Made by a program: the position numbers and the translations under genes. Below the pieces are notes generated by a model. The model saw only the letters and a program-made list of their open reading frames with translations, ran no database searches and had not been told where the DNA came from. A DNA stretch of 64,000 nt from a virus (Duplodnaviria; Caudoviricetes), in the IMG/VR virus record IMGVR_UViG_3300037484_000435, positions 224,001 through 288,000 of that record; one strand, 5' to 3'. Positions 60,815 through 64,000 of this stretch are shown here, in pieces (positions within the stretch are counted from its first letter, which is position 1; every line of letters begins with the position of its first letter).

Positions 60815-61879
60815 TTAAATTTGGAACACGTCGTATGAACCCACAGCAGGGCCCCCGCGGGCGATGTCGCGGTGATCGTGGGGCGGTATGATGTCAAATT
60901 TTATTGAACAAGTTTGCCCTGTTCTCGGATGTACAAATGTCACCTGTGCCGGATAGTCACCTGTAATGGTAAACTCATACCCTTTAGCACTGGGGTCCGC
61001 AGGAGTTCCTATATTAACTGAAACCGGAAATGCCTTTTCTCCTACAGTCATACCAGATTTCTTATTTCCACGCGAGCCGGAAAAAGACTTAGGTGCTGGA
61101 TTACAATGGCAACAACAAGCAGCCATAGCCTCACACTGTGCTACATCTATAAGTCTCCCACTCTCTACTTCCATAATCTGCACAAATATACGCATCCCCG
61201 CACTGACCCAAGCAGAGGGAGGTTCCATCCGCAAAGGAACCTTAGAGGCATCACTTTCACGGCCAGAAGAACTTGGTGCAGGACTGCCTTTAGGAGACTT
61301 TCCCTGCGGGTCTGGTGTTTTTATAAGGGGGCTGTGTTCACTTCCTAAGGAAGACCCAGAACTCACATCAGAAATCCCTTTTTTACCAGCAGCAACTTTA
61401 TGGGCCCGCGTCATTTCACCCGCTTGTCTGCGGTGACCAGTCGTAATGACAGCAAAAGCATCCTCAGTCATTTTAAAACGTCTAGTAAACTTAGGGCCAA
61501 CACGCATCTTTACAAAAACATCTTCCGCCACGTAATCGATCAGAATCCTACGAGAGTCACTCCAATGTGGGCGGGTTTTCATACCAGTAACATACCCAGT
61601 AAACAGGGTGGGCAAATTACCTAAATCTGTACCCACACCAGCCTTTACTTCAATCTTATCTCCTAGGTTGTTGTTAATCGCTACATTTCCACTCATGAAC
61701 TTAGGGTCAATCCAAGCGGAAAGGGAGCAACTAAGTTGGGCAGTGGGACTTGTTCTATTTCTAGTGATAGAGAAAGTCATTATATCCCCAGAGGACGACT
61801 CCATCCTACTAGGAGTGCTGAATACATATGCCCCTATCTGAATAACCGCCGATACTTTTTCTAGGTCTAACGTAGCCAT
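60815..61879 (-). CDS. Putative baseplate hub (gp27/gpD/XkdQ-like N-terminal half) protein (354 aa)
   Basis: FSITRNRT...AQLSCSL...LGDKIEVKAG...TLFTGYV...IDYVAEDVF matches the hub domain-I pattern. SD AGGAGGGG. Confidence 0.55.
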   Translation of the reverse strand: MATLDLEKVSAVIQIGAYVFSTPSRMESSSGDIMTFSITRNRTSPTAQLSCSLSAWIDPKFMSGNVAINNNLGDKIEVKAGVGTDLGNLPTLFTGYVTGMKTRPHWSDSRRILIDYVAEDVFVKMRVGPKFTRRFKMTEDAFAVITTGHRRQAGEMTRAHKVAAGKKGISDVSSGSSLGSEHSPLIKTPDPQGKSPKGSPAPSSSGRESDASKVPLRMEPPSAWVSAGMRIFVQIMEVESGRLIDVAQCEAMAACCCHCNPAPKSFSGSRGNKKSGMTVGEKAFPVSVNIGTPADPSAKGYEFTITGDYPAQVTFVHPRTGQTCSIKFDIIPPHDHRDIARGGPAVGSYDVFQI

Positions 61880-61889
61880 ATACCCCTCC

Positions 61890-64000
61890 TTAAATCTCCA
61901 TTGGATTATTATACAATTGGACTTTTACTTTATCGCCTACTTCCCACGGCCAAGGTTGTACATTCCATGCATTAACAATACCTATCCCTTGCACCTTTAC
62001 TTTAAACAAACTCCCGTAATCATGGCTAACGATACGCCCATCAACCTCTTCTGTTTTAGCCCGTTTACTTTTCAACCCGCCAGCGGATGCTTGATTAATC
62101 GTTATCGGCCCCACCTCAACCGTCATATTAAAAACTGAACTGTCTGTGTACTGAAAAGTAATAATGTTGATGGTGCGGGGGCCATAAGGAGTAGTAACTG
62201 TTTTGCCTAAAGAAGGTACCTCTTCTTGTGTCCTAGGAGGACCACATACATAGGTCATATGTCTATTAGGCTCGTCACGAAAACTATCAAAGTAGCCAAA
62301 TAAGTTTCTAGCAATCTCGTGACAAGTATTCCCTATACTGTCAAAAGAAGCACGCAGGTTAGCTGGATCCACTCCGTCTCCACCACCTCCACCGGTCGAA
62401 AAACTCGGGAAAAGAAACGGTAAGCTCAATTCAAGGTTAACTCCTGTAGATGCTTCTTGCAATTTTTCTGTATCCCCGACTCTATTTTCTACAGTACAAT
62501 ACATATTATCCCACACGTCAGTGTCTGGGTCGACAACCTTGTCAAACCCAGTGTTACCGCACGCAGCTACAGGGGGAGGCATATCAACTAAATAGATAGG
62601 CATAACTCTAACTTTTATTCCAGACAGGAAGGATTCTACATCTCTTCCTTTTCCCTGCACTATTAATCCTGGACGGGAAAGATTCAATTTAGCCCACCAA
62701 GTATCCACCGTAAACATACTATCACCACTAAGACCAAATAAATACCCAGGACGCTTTAAAGACAACTCGTTAACGATCCACGCATAATTACCATATCCTG
62801 CCATAGACCCCAACCCATTGGCCCAACTGTGTGAAACCCGCTTCATCATAAGGAACGCCCAGTGGTTTAACCATTCTACAGAATCTCCACCACATGCAGT
62901 AGAGTCTGGGCCCCAACCCCAAATTCTTCCACCAAACCCAAAACCATCTTCCATTGTACAGTAAGTACCGCAGTTCGGGGCCTGGGCACGTATAGCATAG
63001 CTTATTCTGCCCTCTGCCGATACACTCCCAGCTGGTATTTCCACGTAGCTGGAGTGGGGGATATCGAAAGTCTGTGATTCCTTTTGTATGCCAATAAAGA
63101 TAGGAGTAGTCGGACCTATACTAATGTTACGTGCCCGAAATTTCTCAAAACCCATTAGAGCAGCACCATTTCCAACCATTGCTGATGTGGATTCATACAT
63201 ATTATCCTCTTGGCTGTCGTAACAAATATTTGAACCAACATCCCATTTACTTATGTCAGAAAAATCAATCTGCGAGATAAGGCTCCCATAACCAAAAAAA
63301 GAAGGTATTGTATGTTCTGACCATTGAATACTAGGCTTCTTTTTGGCATCATCAGAGGCTTTACTGACACTCTCACAACTATCACTAGTAGAGGAGGAAT
63401 CTAAGCTACCCATATCCAGTAGAAGAGAGGGAGTGCTTCCAGGACCAGTGTGACAACTAGGACCAAAATAACTTTCTAGACCGTTACCCCCTCCCACCGA
63501 TAGTAAGGCAGGGAACTCCGAACTTTTAACAAACTGTATATTGTAATGACGTAATAAATTGTCATCCTCCGTACCAAAGTCTACGTCCGTCATCCAGAAT
63601 AATATACTCATATGGGGACCGACCTCAAATAAATCATTAATACCGTCCCTATAACCACCCTTTTTTTCGTACTCTGGATAAATAATTCCACCATGTTGAC
63701 TAAAAATACCATGGGAACATGTAGGGTCATCCCCGGGGTTATTTCCCTCGGAACTTACTTGGCCCCAAGTGAACTTAGTTCCCTGAACAGGCGGGGCAAA
63801 CCTACTGCTCTCGATACTCATATTCTTAGCACCCATATTTGGAACCAAATGGTTCATCAGAGGGCCAGACAAATCTGCAATCTTGATTATCGACCCCGCA
63901 CCTCCATCAATTATCTGCATCCAGTCACCGCATTGACGAAAGGGAGGGGGATCAGCAGCTCGAACCACCACCATATCAACAAGAGAATTAAACTGAACAC
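61890..64000 (-). CDS. Putative hub/spike-like protein, probably 5'-truncated (>=694 aa); C-terminal hub barrel followed by an OB-fold-like end
   Basis: The frame stays open from the track start at 63974 to the window edge (VQFNSLVD-M) with no SD. C-terminal MTYVCGP...PSLGKTV...FNMTVEVGP is followed by VDGRIVS...FKVKV...VGDKVKV. Confidence 0.5.
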   Translation of the reverse strand, partial: VQFNSLVDMVVVRAADPPPFRQCGDWMQIIDGGAGSIIKIADLSGPLMNHLVPNMGAKNMSIESSRFAPPVQGTKFTWGQVSSEGNNPGDDPTCSHGIFSQHGGIIYPEYEKKGGYRDGINDLFEVGPHMSILFWMTDVDFGTEDDNLLRHYNIQFVKSSEFPALLSVGGGNGLESYFGPSCHTGPGSTPSLLLDMGSLDSSSTSDSCESVSKASDDAKKKPSIQWSEHTIPSFFGYGSLISQIDFSDISKWDVGSNICYDSQEDNMYESTSAMVGNGAALMGFEKFRARNISIGPTTPIFIGIQKESQTFDIPHSSYVEIPAGSVSAEGRISYAIRAQAPNCGTYCTMEDGFGFGGRIWGWGPDSTACGGDSVEWLNHWAFLMMKRVSHSWANGLGSMAGYGNYAWIVNELSLKRPGYLFGLSGDSMFTVDTWWAKLNLSRPGLIVQGKGRDVESFLSGIKVRVMPIYLVDMPPPVAACGNTGFDKVVDPDTDVWDNMYCTVENRVGDTEKLQEASTGVNLELSLPFLFPSFSTGGGGGDGVDPANLRASFDSIGNTCHEIARNLFGYFDSFRDEPNRHMTYVCGPPRTQEEVPSLGKTVTTPYGPRTINIITFQYTDSSVFNMTVEVGPITINQASAGGLKSKRAKTEEVDGRIVSHDYGSLFKVKVQGIGIVNAWNVQPWPWEVGDKVKVQLYNNPMEI

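Larger units (their letters stand above)
1..64000 (-). mobile_element. Virion structural gene region of a large tailed virus (probable jumbo phage); host unknown
   Basis: Every credible gene is on the minus strand and coding density is about 99%. There are giant lectin/Ig-module proteins, hub/tube-like genes and free-standing LAGLIDADG genes, and no cellular housekeeping genes. Hallmark capsid, terminase and sheath genes are not in the window, so the call is an inference. Confidence 0.75.

Noticed and set aside
2054-62138. Short plus-strand and off-frame minus-strand ORFs in the track (60-156 aa)
   Set aside because: All lie within long minus-strand genes and show no recognisable motifs, so they are treated as shadow ORFs.
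1-64000. CRISPR array, tRNA/rRNA genes or Borg-like tandem nucleotide repeats
   Set aside because: There is no intergenic space for them and I noticed no regularly spaced identical DNA repeats. The repeats here are protein-level and diverged.

Overview
The whole 64 kb window is one uninterrupted, minus-strand block of about 29 genes. The largest intergenic gap is 70 nt, there are five TAATG stop/start overlaps, and GGAG(G)-type Shine-Dalgarno sites are strong. It reads as the virion-structure region of a large tailed virus, most likely a jumbo phage. In gene order (right to left) it holds: (1) a hub/tube-fold tail-tip cluster in which four related HTH-repeat + LAGLIDADG endonuclease genes alternate one-for-one with structural genes; (2) small proteins, including a tandem duplicate pair; (3) a set of giant lectin/adhesin-like fibre or appendage proteins (5054, 851, 1155, 2539 aa) built from discoidin (F5/8C), ConA/LamG, DUF1349-like, DUF4082-like and Ig-like modules, often nested inside one another; (4) three propeller + Big_1 proteins, a possible head-tail adaptor, and a 3403-aa Cys-rich/coiled-coil protein; (5) a >1571-aa gene that the ORF track misses because it runs off the left edge. 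No capsid, terminase, RNA gene, CRISPR array or reverse transcriptase was seen. All domain calls are by-eye motif recognition and no database search was run.
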